DNA of 64,000 bases from an uncultured Gemmatimonadaceae bacterium (GCA_963822945.1 CAWGJO010000017.1:1-64000), one strand, 5' to 3'. Shown: positions 24,737 to 37,320, counted from the first letter of the stretch. Translations and numbers: made by a program. Notes: generated from the letters alone by a model not told the origin.

Positions 24737-27700
24737 ACCTCGACTCCGAGTTCGGCCTGCCACTCCTGGAGCGACTTCACCCGGGAGCGCCGCGACCGCA
24801 GCGAGAGAATGGCGTCGCTGGCCGCGCTCGCCGCCGACATCGTCGTGGTGTAGGCCACGTGGTTCCGAATGGCCGCCTGCCGGAGCGTGTAGTCGTCTCG
24901 CTGCGCGTGCTTCCCCAACGGGGTGTTCACCAGCAACTGCACCTCGCCATTGAGGATCAGATCGTGACAGTTGGGACGTCCCTCGTGCACCTTGAAGACG
25001 GGGTCGGCCGCAATGCCCCGCTGTCGCAAGTAGCGTGCCGTGCCGGCGGTCGCCACCAGCCGGAATCCCATCTCCTGGAAGCGGCGGGCGATGGGGATCA
25101 CGGTCGGCTTGTCCGAGTCGTTCACCGTCACGAGAATCGTCCCTTCGAGCGGCAGGCCGTTCCCCGCCGCGAGCTGCGCCTTGGCGAAGCTCGCCCCGAA
25201 CGAATCGGAGATGCCCATGACCTCGCCGGTGGAGCGCATTTCCGGACCAAGCACGGGATCGGTGCCGGGAAACTTCGTGAACGGGAACACCGCCTCCTTC
25301 ACCGAGACGTAGACCGGCGCGATCTCCTCCGTGAAGCCGATCGCGTCCAGCGTTTCGCCCAGCATCACACGCGCCGCAAGCGAGGCGAGCGGCACGCCGA
25401 TCGCCTTGGACACGAAGGGCACGGTCCGGCTGGCCCGCGGGTTCACTTCCAGCACGTACACGACGTGGTCCTTGATCGCGTACTGCACGTTCATGAGCCC
25501 CACCACCCCGAGCGCCCTGGCCATGGCCGCGGTCTGCTCGCGCATGACCTCCATGTCGTCCTCGGTCACCAGATACGGCGGCAGCACGCACGCCGAATCG
25601 CCCGAGTGAATGCCGGCGTCCTCGATGTGCTGCATGATGCCGCCGATCACCACCCGCGTGCCGTCGGAGATGGCATCGACGTCCACCTCGAACGCATCCT
25701 CGAGGAACCGGTCGATGAGCACCGGACGTTCCTCGGAAACGTTCACGGCGGTTTCGAAATAGTGCTCCAGCGACGGCGCGTCGTACACGATCTGCATGGC
25801 GCGCCCACCCAGGACGTACGACGGCCGGACGAGCACCGGGTAGCCGATCCGCGACGCCGCCTCCAACGCCTCGGCGACGCTCGTCGCCGTGCCGTTCGGC
25901 GGCTGCGTGAGCCCCACCTCGCGGGCGATCTTCTCGAACCGCCGCCGGTCTTCGGCGATGTCGATCGCGTCGGGCGACGTGCCGAGGATCTTCACCCCGG
26001 CCGCCTCCAGCGGGCGGGTGAGCTTCAGCGGGGTCTGCCCGCCCAACTGGACGATGACGCCCTCCGGCTGCTCTCGCTGCACGATTTCGAGCACGTCCTC
26101 GAGCGTCAGTGGCTCGAAGTACAGCTTGTCGGAGGTATCGAAATCCGTCGAGACCGTCTCGGGGTTCGAGTTGATCATGATGGTCTCGAACCCCTGCTCG
26201 CGGAGCGCGATCGCGGCCCGCACGCAGCAGTAGTCGAATTCGACCCCCTGCCCGATGCGGTTCGGCCCGCTGCCGAGGATGACCACCGACTTGCGTCCGC
26301 TGCGCGGGGCCTCGGTCTCCTCATCGTAGCAGCCGTACAGGTACGGCGTGGACGACGGAAACTCGCCGGCGCAGGTGTCGACCATCTTGTACGACGGCCG
26401 CACGCCCAACGCCCACCGGTGCGCCCGCACGTCCGCCTCCGTCTCGCCGCGGACCGCGGCGAGCTGCCGGTCGGAGAAGCCCATGCGCTTCATGCGCCGC
26501 ATCTCGAAGGCGCCCACCGATCCGAGCGCTGCATACCAGCGCTCGGCCTCGACGAGTTCGTGCATCTGCTGCAGGAACCACGGGTCGATCGCGGTCAGAT
26601 CGGCCACGTCGTCCACCGTCATGCCCCGCAGAAACGCGCGCTTGATCTGGTAGATGCGTTCCGGTGTCGGCTGGCGGAGTGCGCCGGTCAGCGCCGCCTC
26701 GCTCTCGTCGGGGAGGCGATCGTCCACCGGCCGCGCCGCCACCGCCCAGCCGGGACGCCCGGTCTCGAGGGCGCGCAGTCCCTTCTGCAGCGCCTCCTTG
26801 AACGTCCGCCCGATGGCCATCGCCTCCCCCACCGACTTCATCTGCGTGGTGAGATAGGGATTGGCCGCCGGGAACTTCTCGAACGCGAACCGCGGAATCT
26901 TCACGACGACGTAATCGAGCACCGGCTCGAACGAGGCCGGCGTCGTCTTCGTGATGTCGTTGGGGATCTCGTCGAGCCGGTAGCCCACGGCGAGCTTGGC
27001 CCCGATGCGCGCGATGGGGAATCCCGTGGCCTTGGATGCGAGGGCCGAGGAGCGCGAGACCCGCGGGTTCATCTCGATCACCAGCATCTCGCCGTCGCGC
27101 GGATTGACCGCGAACTGGATGTTGCAGCCGCCGGCTTCGACGCCGACTTCACGGATGATCGCCACCGCCGCATCGCGCATCAGCTGGTACTCACGGTCGG
27201 TGAGCGTCATCGCCGGCGCCACGGTGATCGAATCCCCGGTGTGCACGCCCATCGGATCGAGGTTCTCGATGGAGCAGACGATCACCACGTTATCGGCGTG
27301 GTCGCGCATCACCTCGAGTTCGAACTCCTTCCAGCCGATCACGCTGCGCTCGACGAGCACCTGCGTGGTGGGCGACTCGTCGAGCCCGCGGCGCACGATC
27401 TCCTCGAACTCGGTGCGATTGTACGCAATGCCGCCCCCCGTGCCGCCCAGCGTGTACGACGGCCGGATGATGGCCGGGAAGCGCCGTATCCTCGACGATG
27501 GCCAGCGCTTCGTCGAGCGTGGTGGCGATGCCGCCCTTCGCCACCGCCAGCCCGATCCGCGCCATCGCCTCTCCGAACAGCTTCCGGTCTTCGGCAATCG
27601 CGATCGCGCGCTGCTTCGCGCCGATCAGCTCCACGCCGTGCTTCTCCAGCACGCCCGACTCTGCCAGCGCCATCGCCACGTTCAGCGCCGTCTGGCCGCC

Positions 27701-27953
27701 CATCGTCGGGAGCAGTGCATCCGGCTGCTCGCGTTCGATGATCAGCTCGACGTATTCCGGCGTGACCGGCTCGATGTACGTCCGGTCGGCCACCTCGGGG
27801 TCGGTCATGATCGTGGCCGGATTCGAGTTCACCAGCAGGACCTCGTAGCCCTCTTCCTTCAGGGCCTTCGCCGCCTGGGTGCCGGAGTAGTCGAATTCCG
27901 CTCCCTGGCCGATGACGATGGGACCGGAGCCGATGACGAGAATACGGTGGATG

Positions 27954-27970
<17 letters not shown>
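24733..27970 (-). CDS. carB: Carbamoyl-phosphate synthase large subunit (apparent frameshift near 27483)
   Basis: [45 protein letters not shown] and an MGS domain. Confidence 0.96.
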
Positions 27971-29953
<1,983 letters not shown>

Positions 29954-29990
29954 TCATCCCCCATCGATGTCAGATCGGGAATCCCCGACG

Positions 29991-30024
29991 AAAAAAAGGG
30001 GGAGCCGCCATGCGGTTCCCCCCT
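29991..30024 (-). terminator. Intrinsic terminator of the alpha/rpmB operon
   Basis: Minus strand reads AGGGGGGAACCGC-ATG-GCGGCTCCCCC followed by T7. Confidence 0.85.
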
Positions 30025-30048
30025 CATCACGGCCAGGCGGAGCCACGG

Positions 30049-30267
30049 TCAGGCGGCTTGCCCGCGGGGCGCCCGCTTGACCTTCCCGGCGTGCAGGCAG
30101 CGCGTGCAGACCTTGACCTTGATGACCTTGCCCTTGGCGTCGACGATTCGAACGACCTGGAGGTTCGGCTTCCACGTGCGGCGGGTCTTGTTGTTGGCGT
30201 GCGAGACGTTGTTGCCGAACGCGACGCCCTTGTCGCAGACGTAGCAGCGGTTTCTCTGGATGGCCAT
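30049..30267 (-). CDS. rpmB: 50S ribosomal protein L28
   Basis: CYVC...[20 protein letters not shown]...CTRC. Confidence 0.96.
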   Translation of the reverse strand: MAIQRNRCYVCDKGVAFGNNVSHANNKTRRTWKPNLQVVRIVDAKGKVIKVKVCTRCLHAGKVKRAPRGQAA

Positions 30268-30270
30268 GCG

Positions 30271-30627
30271 TCAGCCCTCGATCAGTTCGATGCGCGCCAT
30301 CTCGGCGCCGTCACCCTTGCGGTGGCCGGTCTTGAGAATGCGCGTGTAGCCGCCGGGCCGCTTGGCGTACCGCGGTCCCAGTTCCTGGAACAGCTTGTCC
30401 GCCGCTTCCCGCTTCTGAATGTCACGCCCGGCCAGCCGGCGCGCGTGCAGCGTGCCGGTCTTCGCCTTGGTGATCAACTTCTCGACGAAGGGCCGGAGTT
30501 CCTTGGCCTTCGCTTCGGTCGTTTCGATCGCGCCCTGCTCGATGAGCGAGGTCGCGAGGTTGCGCATCAGAGCGCGCTTCTGTTCACCGGTCCGGCGCAG
30601 CGCCCGCCCGGCATTGGCATGCCGCAT
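30271..30627 (-). CDS. rplQ: 50S ribosomal protein L17
   Basis: MRH...TTEAKAKELR...RPGGYTRILK. Confidence 0.97.
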   Translation of the reverse strand: MRHANAGRALRRTGEQKRALMRNLATSLIEQGAIETTEAKAKELRPFVEKLITKAKTGTLHARRLAGRDIQKREAADKLFQELGPRYAKRPGGYTRILKTGHRKGDGAEMARIELIEG

Positions 30628-30630
30628 TGC

Positions 30631-31701
30631 CTACTCCTCCATGTCGTCGGGCGCCGCCGCGGCGGCCCGGCTCGGCGGCGTGCCCCAATCGAGGACCCGC
30701 ACTCCCTCGCCGTTCTCTTCGAACCGCATCCCGAAATTCAATCCTTCACGCTCGAGGAGATCGGCGATCTCCTGAAGCGACTTCTTGCCGAAGTTCTTCA
30801 CCTGCAGAATCTGGCTCTCGGTCTGCCGCACCAGGTCGCCCAGGGAACGGATGCTCGAGTTCTTGAGCGAATTCACCGAACGCACCGAGAGCTCGAGATC
30901 GTCGATCGGCGTCTTGAGCAGCTGCGCCAGGCGGACCGCGTCGCCGTCGCTCGATTCGGTGGTCTGGCCCAGCGGGGCCGACGTGTGCGAGCCGAAGTCG
31001 ACGAAGTACTGGAAGTGCGACTGCGCCAGCGCGGCGGCGTAGCTCACCGCTTCGGCCGGCGAGATCGTGCCGTTGGTCTCGACGGTAAGGGCGAGGCGAT
31101 CGTAGTCGGTGCGCTGGCCGACGCGGGTTTCGGAAACCAGGAAGTTCGCGCGGCGCACCGGGTTGTAGATGGCGTCGATGCGAACGAGGTCCACCGGCCG
31201 CCCGCGATCGAGCGGATGCTGGTCGGCCTGCACGTAGCCGCGGCCCTTGTTGACGTAGAGATCCATCGTCAGGTCGCGGTCGTCCTGAAGCGTCAGGATG
31301 TGGTGCGAGGGATCGATGACGCGCACGCCGCTCGCCGACTGAATGTCGGCCGCGGTCACGACGCCGGCCTTGGACTTGGCGATGTGGACGACGGCCTCTT
31401 CGACCTCCTCGTCCAGCATGACCGTGAGCGTCTTGAGGTTGCCGATGATCTGGTGCACGTCCTCGACCACACCGGAAATCGTCTGGTGCTCGTGGACGAC
31501 GCCGTCGATGCGGAACGCCCACACGGCGGACCCGCGGAGCGACGAGAGGAGCATGCGCCGCATCGCGTTGCCGAGCGTATGGCCGAAGCCACGCTCCAGC
31601 GGCTGCAGGCGGAACTCGGCCACGTTGGGATTGTCATCGCGCGTCGTCGATTCGACGAGCTGCGGGCGGACGAGTCCGCGAAGATCGATCGTATTTGCCA
31701 T
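30631..31701 (-). CDS. rpoA: DNA-directed RNA polymerase subunit alpha
   Basis: PLERGFGHTLGNAMRRMLLSS and LELSVRSVNSL...NFGKKSL. Confidence 0.98.
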   Translation of the reverse strand: MANTIDLRGLVRPQLVESTTRDDNPNVAEFRLQPLERGFGHTLGNAMRRMLLSSLRGSAVWAFRIDGVVHEHQTISGVVEDVHQIIGNLKTLTVMLDEEVEEAVVHIAKSKAGVVTAADIQSASGVRVIDPSHHILTLQDDRDLTMDLYVNKGRGYVQADQHPLDRGRPVDLVRIDAIYNPVRRANFLVSETRVGQRTDYDRLALTVETNGTISPAEAVSYAAALAQSHFQYFVDFGSHTSAPLGQTTESSDGDAVRLAQLLKTPIDDLELSVRSVNSLKNSSIRSLGDLVRQTESQILQVKNFGKKSLQEIADLLEREGLNFGMRFEENGEGVRVLDWGTPPSRAAAAAPDDMEE

Positions 31702-31918
31702 GAGTATTGATTCCCTGGTCTTACCGGAGTGCCCCGGTATCGCCCTGCCCCGCCCCTAACGCGCGGCAAGCTCGAATGGGAGTTAGGGTCCCGACCTTTC
31801 CACTGCACCACCGTCCCACCACGTACCTCGGTCGGACGGTGCGTCGGAAGGTCGGTGACTGCGTTCGCAGGCGCTCGGCCGTACCGGCCTACCGCGCTAC
31901 CGACCTGCCGACTTACGG
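31702..31918 (-). promoter_or_regulatory. Structured intergenic RNA between rpsD and rpoA (candidate cis-regulatory element)
   Basis: Four stems were found by eye, plus one alternative 8-bp pairing (see findings). Confidence 0.4.
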
Positions 31919-32554
31919 CTACTTCGAGTACAACTCCACGACCAACTGCTCCTGCGCGGCGATCGGAATGTTCGGGCGCGTCGGACGCTCCAGCATCCGG
32001 CCGCTGAACGTCTCCTTGTCGATGGCGAGCCAGGAGAGCGAGCCGCCACGACCCGACTGCTCCAGCGCCGCCTGCACGGCGACGATCTCGCGCGACTTCT
32101 CCCGCACCCGGATCTCCTGACCCGGCTGCGCGATGAAGCTGGGCACGTCGACCGTCTTGCCGTTGACTTCGATGTGCCGGTGCCGAATGAGCTGGCGCGC
32201 CGCCTTGCGGCTGGACGCGAATCCCATGCGGTAGACGAGATTGTCCAGCCGGCTTTCCAGCGTCGCGAGCAGGTTGTGACCGGTCACGCCGGGCAGGCTG
32301 GACACCTTGATGAAGATGTTCCGGAACTGCTGCTCGCCGAGGCCGTACATGCGCTTGATCTTCTGCTTCTCGCGCAGCTGCTTGGAGTACTCCGACGCCT
32401 TGCGGCGGCGGGCCGTGCTCTGGCCATGCTGGCCGGGCGCGTACGGACGGCGTTCGACCGGGCACTTCTCCGTGAAGCACTTGGTGCCCTTCAGGAACAG
32501 CTTGGTCCCCTCGCGACGGCACAGCTTGCAGCTGGCTCCCAGATACCGACTCAT
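31919..32554 (-). CDS. rpsD: 30S ribosomal protein S4
   Basis: CKLCRREG, PGQHG, LESRLDNLVYRMGF and VVELYSK. Confidence 0.98.
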   Translation of the reverse strand: MSRYLGASCKLCRREGTKLFLKGTKCFTEKCPVERRPYAPGQHGQSTARRRKASEYSKQLREKQKIKRMYGLGEQQFRNIFIKVSSLPGVTGHNLLATLESRLDNLVYRMGFASSRKAARQLIRHRHIEVNGKTVDVPSFIAQPGQEIRVREKSREIVAVQAALEQSGRGGSLSWLAIDKETFSGRMLERPTRPNIPIAAQEQLVVELYSK

Positions 32555-32557
32555 GGC

Positions 32558-32935
32558 TCAGACTCTCCGGCGCTTGGGAGGACGGCAGCCGTTGTGCGGA
32601 ATCGGCGTCACGTCCTTGATCGACTTGACCTGCAGCCCAGCCGAAGCCAGCGCCTGGATGGCCGACTCGCGCCCGCTGCCGGGGCCCTGCACGCGGACAT
32701 GCACCCGCTTGACGCCCATGCTCAGGGCTTCGCGCGCGCACTGCTCCGAGGCCACCGTGGCGGCGAACGGGGTGCTCTTCTTGGACCCCTTGAAGCCCGC
32801 CTTGCCCGACGATCCCCACGACACGGCATTCCCGTGCGCATCGGTGATCGTGATCATCGTGTTGTTGAACGTCGCGTTGACGTGGGCGATGCCTTCCGCC
32901 TCCACGACGCGCTTGGATTTCTTGCCAGTCGCCAT
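32558..32935 (-). CDS. rpsK: 30S ribosomal protein S11
   Basis: [14 protein letters not shown] and [18 protein letters not shown]. Confidence 0.98.
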   Translation of the reverse strand: MATGKKSKRVVEAEGIAHVNATFNNTMITITDAHGNAVSWGSSGKAGFKGSKKSTPFAATVASEQCAREALSMGVKRVHVRVQGPGSGRESAIQALASAGLQVKSIKDVTPIPHNGCRPPKRRRV

Positions 32936-32939
32936 TGGA

Positions 32940-33317
32940 TTACTTGGTTACCTTCTTCTTGCCGGCGATCGCGCGCCGCGGTCCCTTCTTGGTCCGTGCA
33001 TTGGTGTGCGTCCGCTGCCCCCGCACCGGCAGCCCCCGGCGATGCCGGATGCCGCGGTACGATCCGATATCCATGAGGCGCTTGACGTTCATGGCGACTT
33101 CGGTGCGGAGCGCGCCTTCCACCTTGTACTCGCGCTCGATCACCTGCCGCAACTTGTTCACGTCGGCGTCCGAGAGATCGCGGATGCGCAGCGATCCGTC
33201 GATGCCTGCCTTCTGGATGATCTCGGCGGCGCTCCTGCGCCCGATGCCGAAGATGTAGCTCAAGCCGATCTCGACCTTCTTGTCGCGAGGGAGATCGACG
33301 CCACTGATACGCGCCAT
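32940..33317 (-). CDS. rpsM: 30S ribosomal protein S13
   Basis: [10 protein letters not shown] and [18 protein letters not shown]. Confidence 0.98.
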   Translation of the reverse strand: MARISGVDLPRDKKVEIGLSYIFGIGRRSAAEIIQKAGIDGSLRIRDLSDADVNKLRQVIEREYKVEGALRTEVAMNVKRLMDIGSYRGIRHRRGLPVRGQRTHTNARTKKGPRRAIAGKKKVTK

Positions 33318-33320
33318 GAA

Positions 33321-33437
33321 TTAGCCCTGCCGCTGCTTATGCTTGGGGTTGCGCTTGCAAATGATGCGAATCACGCCGTTCCGCTTGATCACCTTGCAGT
33401 GCTCGCAGATCGGCTTCACGCTGCTGCGTACTTTCAC
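33321..33437 (-). CDS. rpmJ: 50S ribosomal protein L36 (below the ORF-track length cut-off)
   Basis: Manual translation: [38 protein letters not shown]. Confidence 0.96.
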   Translation of the reverse strand: MKVRSSVKPICEHCKVIKRNGVIRIICKRNPKHKQRQG

Positions 33438-33491
33438 GGAAGCTCCGGACCGGACGAAAACAGATACCGATGAATTTCTAGCCAGACCTTA

Positions 33492-33520
33492 ACAGTAACC
33501 GGGGCCTTAAGTTGGCGCAA
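33492..33520 (-). promoter_or_regulatory. Sigma70-type promoter of the rpmJ-rpsM operon
   Basis: TTGCGC-N17-TACTGT on the minus strand. Confidence 0.6.
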
Positions 33521-33569
33521 GCGAGCAGGCTGCCCGCTTTCCCGGTCCGGCCGGTCGCCGGCCCCCCGC

Positions 33570-34311
33570 TCAACGCGCGGCGTCTGCCCCGGCGTCGGAC
33601 CCGGCGCTCCGCAGGTCCACCAACGCCCGGCCCATGGCCTCGCGGGGGTCCGGCGCCGCCGTCACCGTGCGGCCGAGCACGACGTAGCGAGCCCCCGACC
33701 CCGCCGCCTCGCCGGGCGTCACCACCCGGACCTGGTCGTTCGCCCCGCTCCCGGCCAGCCGCACCCCGGGGACGAGCGTCTTCAGCCGCACTCCGAACCG
33801 ATCGCGCACGGCCCCCGCCTCCCGGCCACTGCACACGATCCCGTGCAACCCCGCCTCGGCCACCATGCCCGCCAGACCGCAGCACCTCCCCTTCCACGTC
33901 CACCCCCGTCTCCGGACGCCCCCAGGCGTCCGCCAGCCCGGCGCGGCCCAGCGAGGTCAGGACCGTGACGGCGAGCAGCTGGCAGCCGCCCGCCCCGGCT
34001 CCGGCCGCCGACTGCTGCGCGGCATCGAGCATCTCCCGCCCCCCAGAGGCGTGCACGGTGAGCAGCCGGACCCCGTGCGCGCTCGCGCGTAGCACTGCCT
34101 TGGCCACGGTGTTCGGGATGTCGTGCAGCTTGAGGTCGAGGAACACGTCCGCGCCGCGCTCTCGCAACGCGCGAATGATGCCCGGCCCCTCCGCCGTGAA
34201 CAGCTCGAGGCCCACTTTGTAAAAAGCGCAGAGTCCGTCCAGCCGATTCACCATCGCCATGGCCGACTCGAGGCTTGGCACATCAAGTGCCACGATGGGG
34301 GTCGTCGTCAT
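33570..34311 (-). CDS. pyrF: Orotidine-5'-phosphate decarboxylase (apparent frameshift near 33876)
   Basis: IVALD, KVGLEL, FLDLKLHDIPNTV; after the shift, PGVR, DQVRV and VLGR. Confidence 0.93.
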
Positions 34312-35252
34312 TCGGGCCATTCCAGGGTTCCGCGGAGGGAGGTCAGGTCCGCCAGTCGCTCGCGGGCGCACCACCGGCCGAGTTCGCGCACCACCCGCGC
34401 CGGTTGACGGGGATCCCGAAGCGCGGCGGTTCCGATACCGACGAGCCACGCGCCGGCGATGATGTACTGGAGCACGTCATGGGCGCTCCGGACGCCGCCG
34501 AGGCCGATGATGGGCACGGACACCGCGCGACTCACCCGCCAGGTGGCCAGCACGCCCACCGGAAGCAGCGCCTGCCCACTCACGCCCCCGGTTCCGAAAC
34601 CGAGGGCGGGCCGCCTCCGGTCCACGTCCACCACCAGGCCCGGGATCGTGTTGACCACCGTGATGCCATCCGCCCCGGCCTGGACGGCCACGGCCGCCGT
34701 TCGCGCGATATCGGGGAGCGTCGGCGAGAGCTTGGCGAACACGGGACGCTTCGTGACCGCGCGCACCCGGGCGACGAGGACCGACAGCGCGGTGTCGTCG
34801 GCGCCGAATTCCATTCCTCCGGCCTTGGTGTTGGGGCAGCTCACGTTCAACTCGTACCCGTCCACGCCCGACGCCGCATGGGGACTCGCCTCGATCTGCC
34901 GCACCACGTCCGCAAACTCGTCGACGACGAAGCCGACGACGTTCACCAGCTTTCGCGTACGCGGGAGCGACTCGGCGAGCCAGGGAAGATGCGACTGACA
35001 GACCTCCTCGACCCCCGGGTTGGCCAGTCCGACGGCGTTGATCATCCCCCCGTCGAACTCGGCCACGCGCGGCGCCGGCGCGCCGGCGCGCGGTGCGCGG
35101 CTGACCGCCTTGGTGACGAGGCCACCAAGCGCGTCCAGATCCATGACGCCGGCGAGTTCGCGCCCGTAGCCAGCGGTTCCGGCGGCGAGAATGATGGGAT
35201 TCTGAAAATCGAGTCCGGCAACGCCCACGCGCAGCACGGACGGCGATTTCAT
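34308..35252 (-). CDS. pyrD: Dihydroorotate dehydrogenase, family 1 catalytic subunit
   Basis: NPIILAAGT, NAVGLANPG, ELNVSCPN, KLSP and GGVSG. Confidence 0.92.
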   Translation of the reverse strand: MKSPSVLRVGVAGLDFQNPIILAAGTAGYGRELAGVMDLDALGGLVTKAVSRAPRAGAPAPRVAEFDGGMINAVGLANPGVEEVCQSHLPWLAESLPRTRKLVNVVGFVVDEFADVVRQIEASPHAASGVDGYELNVSCPNTKAGGMEFGADDTALSVLVARVRAVTKRPVFAKLSPTLPDIARTAAVAVQAGADGITVVNTIPGLVVDVDRRRPALGFGTGGVSGQALLPVGVLATWRVSRAVSVPIIGLGGVRSAHDVLQYIIAGAWLVGIGTAALRDPRQPARVVRELGRWCARERLADLTSLRGTLEWPE

Positions 35253-36118
35253 GGATTGCCGCCGCTCGTCCGATCGGCCACGCCGCTGATCCCGGCCCAG
35301 TACGCGTTCAGGTAGTTCACGGCCGCGTCGGCGATTGCGCCCGCCAGTTTGGTCTGGTCGCGCGAATTCGTCATGAACGCGGCGTCGGCGCGGTTGGACC
35401 CGAATCCGATTTCCACGAGCACCGCCGGCATGAACGCCGTGCCCAGCACGACGAAGCCGGCCTGCTGCACGCCTCGGTCGGGCCCCGGCTCCACGGTGCC
35501 CAATTCGTCCTGCACCGCTTCGGCCAGCTTCATCGACTCGCGGAGGTGCTCGTTCTGCTGCATGTCGCTGAGGATGAAGCTCAGCGGATCGCCCTTGGAC
35601 AGCGGCGTGCCGGTGTCGTATCGGGCGGCGGAGTTTTCCATCGCCTCCACCCGCCGCGCATCTTCGGTCTTCGCCTCGGACAGGAAGAAGGTCTCGTACC
35701 CGCGGGCAGCCGCCGCATTCCGCCACTTGGGATTGGCGGCGTTCACATGGATCGAGATGAACAGGTCCCCGTGCGCGCGGTTCGCGATCGGGCCGCGATC
35801 GTACAGGTTGATCAACGTATCGGTCGTGCGCGTGTACACGACCTTCACCCCGCGCGCCTTGAGCGCCGCGCCGAGCTTGAGGGCGACCGCGAGCGTCACG
35901 TTCTTCTCGTAGATCTTGTGGCGCGCGCCGATGGGACCGCTCATGCCGGGGTCCACGCCGCCATGGCCCGCGTCGACGACCACGGTGCGCGGCGGACCGG
36001 CGAGGGAGGGGTGCCCCGCCACCGCCACGACCGGGCGGCGAGGGCTCGCCGCATCGGCCACCGGCCGGGTCGGCACCGCGGCCTGCATCTGGAGTGCGAG
36101 CAGCGCCAGCGCGATCAT
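35249..36118 (-). CDS. N-acetylmuramoyl-L-alanine amidase (Amidase_3)
   Basis: [21 protein letters not shown] and LVEIGF. Confidence 0.92.
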   Translation of the reverse strand: MIALALLALQMQAAVPTRPVADAASPRRPVVAVAGHPSLAGPPRTVVVDAGHGGVDPGMSGPIGARHKIYEKNVTLAVALKLGAALKARGVKVVYTRTTDTLINLYDRGPIANRAHGDLFISIHVNAANPKWRNAAAARGYETFFLSEAKTEDARRVEAMENSAARYDTGTPLSKGDPLSFILSDMQQNEHLRESMKLAEAVQDELGTVEPGPDRGVQQAGFVVLGTAFMPAVLVEIGFGSNRADAAFMTNSRDQTKLAGAIADAAVNYLNAYWAGISGVADRTSGGNP

Positions 36119-36585
36119 CGGGTGCGGCCCACGCGCGCCATCTCGCGCTCGGCGTCACGTGCCTTGGCCGTTTCGCGCTTGTCGTGCAGCTTCTTTCCCT
36201 TGCCCAGTGCCAGCGTCACCTTCGCCACTCCGTGCTTGAAATACAGGTCGAGCGGGACGAGCGTGAGCCCTTCACGCTCCACCGCCCCAATCAAACGACG
36301 GATTTGACGCCGGTGGAGCAACAGCTTGCGCGTCCGCGTCGGTTCGTGGTTGTTGTAGCTCCCCTGCTTGTAGGGCGAAATATGCAGGTTGAGGAGGAAG
36401 ACCTCCCCGTTCTTCACGATCCCGTAGGCATCGACCAGCGACGCCTTCCCCTCGCGGAGCGACTTGACCTCGGTGCCGGTCAGCACGATGCCCGCCTCCC
36501 ACGTCTCCAGAATGTGGTAGTCGTGGCGGGCACGCTTGTTCCGCGCAATCGGGACGGTGTCGTTGGTCTCGTTCGTTGACTTCAT
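36115..36585 (-). CDS. smpB: SsrA-binding protein
   Basis: [29 protein letters not shown] and GKKLHDKR. Confidence 0.98.
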   Translation of the reverse strand: MKSTNETNDTVPIARNKRARHDYHILETWEAGIVLTGTEVKSLREGKASLVDAYGIVKNGEVFLLNLHISPYKQGSYNNHEPTRTRKLLLHRRQIRRLIGAVEREGLTLVPLDLYFKHGVAKVTLALGKGKKLHDKRETAKARDAEREMARVGRTR

Positions 36586-36604
36586 GGTCAGCCGTCAATA
36601 ATAT
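36576..36604 (+). promoter_or_regulatory. Sigma70 promoter of tRNA-Leu, overlapping the smpB start; its -10 overlaps a minus-strand TATTAT
   Basis: TTGACT-N17-TAATAT, 10 nt before the tRNA. Confidence 0.7.
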
Positions 36605-36614
36605 CCGCGTTCCT

Positions 36615-36698
36615 GCCGAAGTGGTGGAACTGGTAGACGCGCTGGCTTCAGGAGCCAGTGGGCGCAAGCCCGTGCGGGTTCGAGTCCCGCCTTCGGCA
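36615..36698 (+). tRNA. tRNA-Leu (anticodon CAG), CCA not encoded
   Basis: Acceptor stem GCCGAAG/CTTCGGC, D-loop TGGTAGA, anticodon arm CTGGC-TTCAGGA-GCCAG, long variable arm, and GGTTCGAGTCC. Confidence 0.95.
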
Positions 36699-36713
36699 CT
36701 CTGCACAAGACGA

Positions 36714-36747
36714 CGAGGGGCGCCTTCCGATCGGAAGGCGCCCCTCG
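36714..36747. terminator. Perfect 34-bp palindrome between the tRNA and a convergent gene (probable bidirectional terminator)
   Basis: CGAGGGGCGCCTTCCGA-TCGGAAGGCGCCCCTCG. Confidence 0.65.
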
Positions 36748-36765
36748 AGGCGTTTCAGGAGCCCG

Positions 36766-37320
36766 TCAGCGGCGATCGATCGCCGACGGGGGCACATGCT
36801 CCGGGAGTGACGCCGTTCCGAAGATGGCACGCAGCGCCTCGTTCCCCTCGTCCAGGTATCGACTGAGCAGGGCGCCAGCCCGCGCCACGTTCGCGTCCAC
36901 CTCCCGGAACGAGCCGCCCGCGAACGCGAGCAGCGTGCGCCCCAGCCGGGCCGGCGTGGCAGCCGAGACGTGGGCCCCGAGCGCGTCCCGATAGGCGCTC
37001 AGCCTGGCGTTGAACTGGCCCTGGGCGAGTTCGAGCCGGTCGCGTCCGATCCGCGCATCGCGTTCGAAGGCAGCCGCCATCGCATGCGCGACGACAGCCC
37101 CCGTCCGATCGTCGAGCGCGTCTCGTTGGGCCGTGACCAGCCCCAGCGCCCGCCGGGCATAGCGCAGCTCCCACGCGGCGTGGTCGTCATCGCCGCGCGT
37201 CGCCGCGCCCGACAGCCATGCCACGTCGTCCGCGGCCGGCTCCGTCAGCAGCCCCGTCACGAAGCGCTCGGCCCGCTCCTGCAGCTGGCGCTCGGCTCGC
37301 CACCGCCCGAAGATCGGCAT
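36766..37320 (-). CDS. Hypothetical protein, predicted alpha-helical
   Basis: 184-aa ORF with normal composition, 26 nt downstream of the Rrf2 gene. Confidence 0.7.
   Translation of the reverse strand: MPIFGRWRAERQLQERAERFVTGLLTEPAADDVAWLSGAATRGDDDHAAWELRYARRALGLVTAQRDALDDRTGAVVAHAMAAAFERDARIGRDRLELAQGQFNARLSAYRDALGAHVSAATPARLGRTLLAFAGGSFREVDANVARAGALLSRYLDEGNEALRAIFGTASLPEHVPPSAIDRR

Noticed and set aside
27470..27500. Programmed frameshifting or pseudogene status for carB and the other split genes
   Set aside because: No shared slippery motif, no other signs of decay, and essential genes are affected. Sequencing error is the simpler explanation.
24859..27741. Very long plus-strand ORFs antisense to real genes (960 aa here; also 55948-58680, 21826-23742 and 29887-31710)
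   Set aside because: They are shadow ORFs produced by high-GC codon bias. They have no recognisable motifs and mirror well-conserved minus-strand genes.
36115..36765. tmRNA or an integrated element next to smpB and tRNA-Leu
   Set aside because: There is no room or sequence for ssrA, and I saw no integrase and no duplicated tRNA 3' end.
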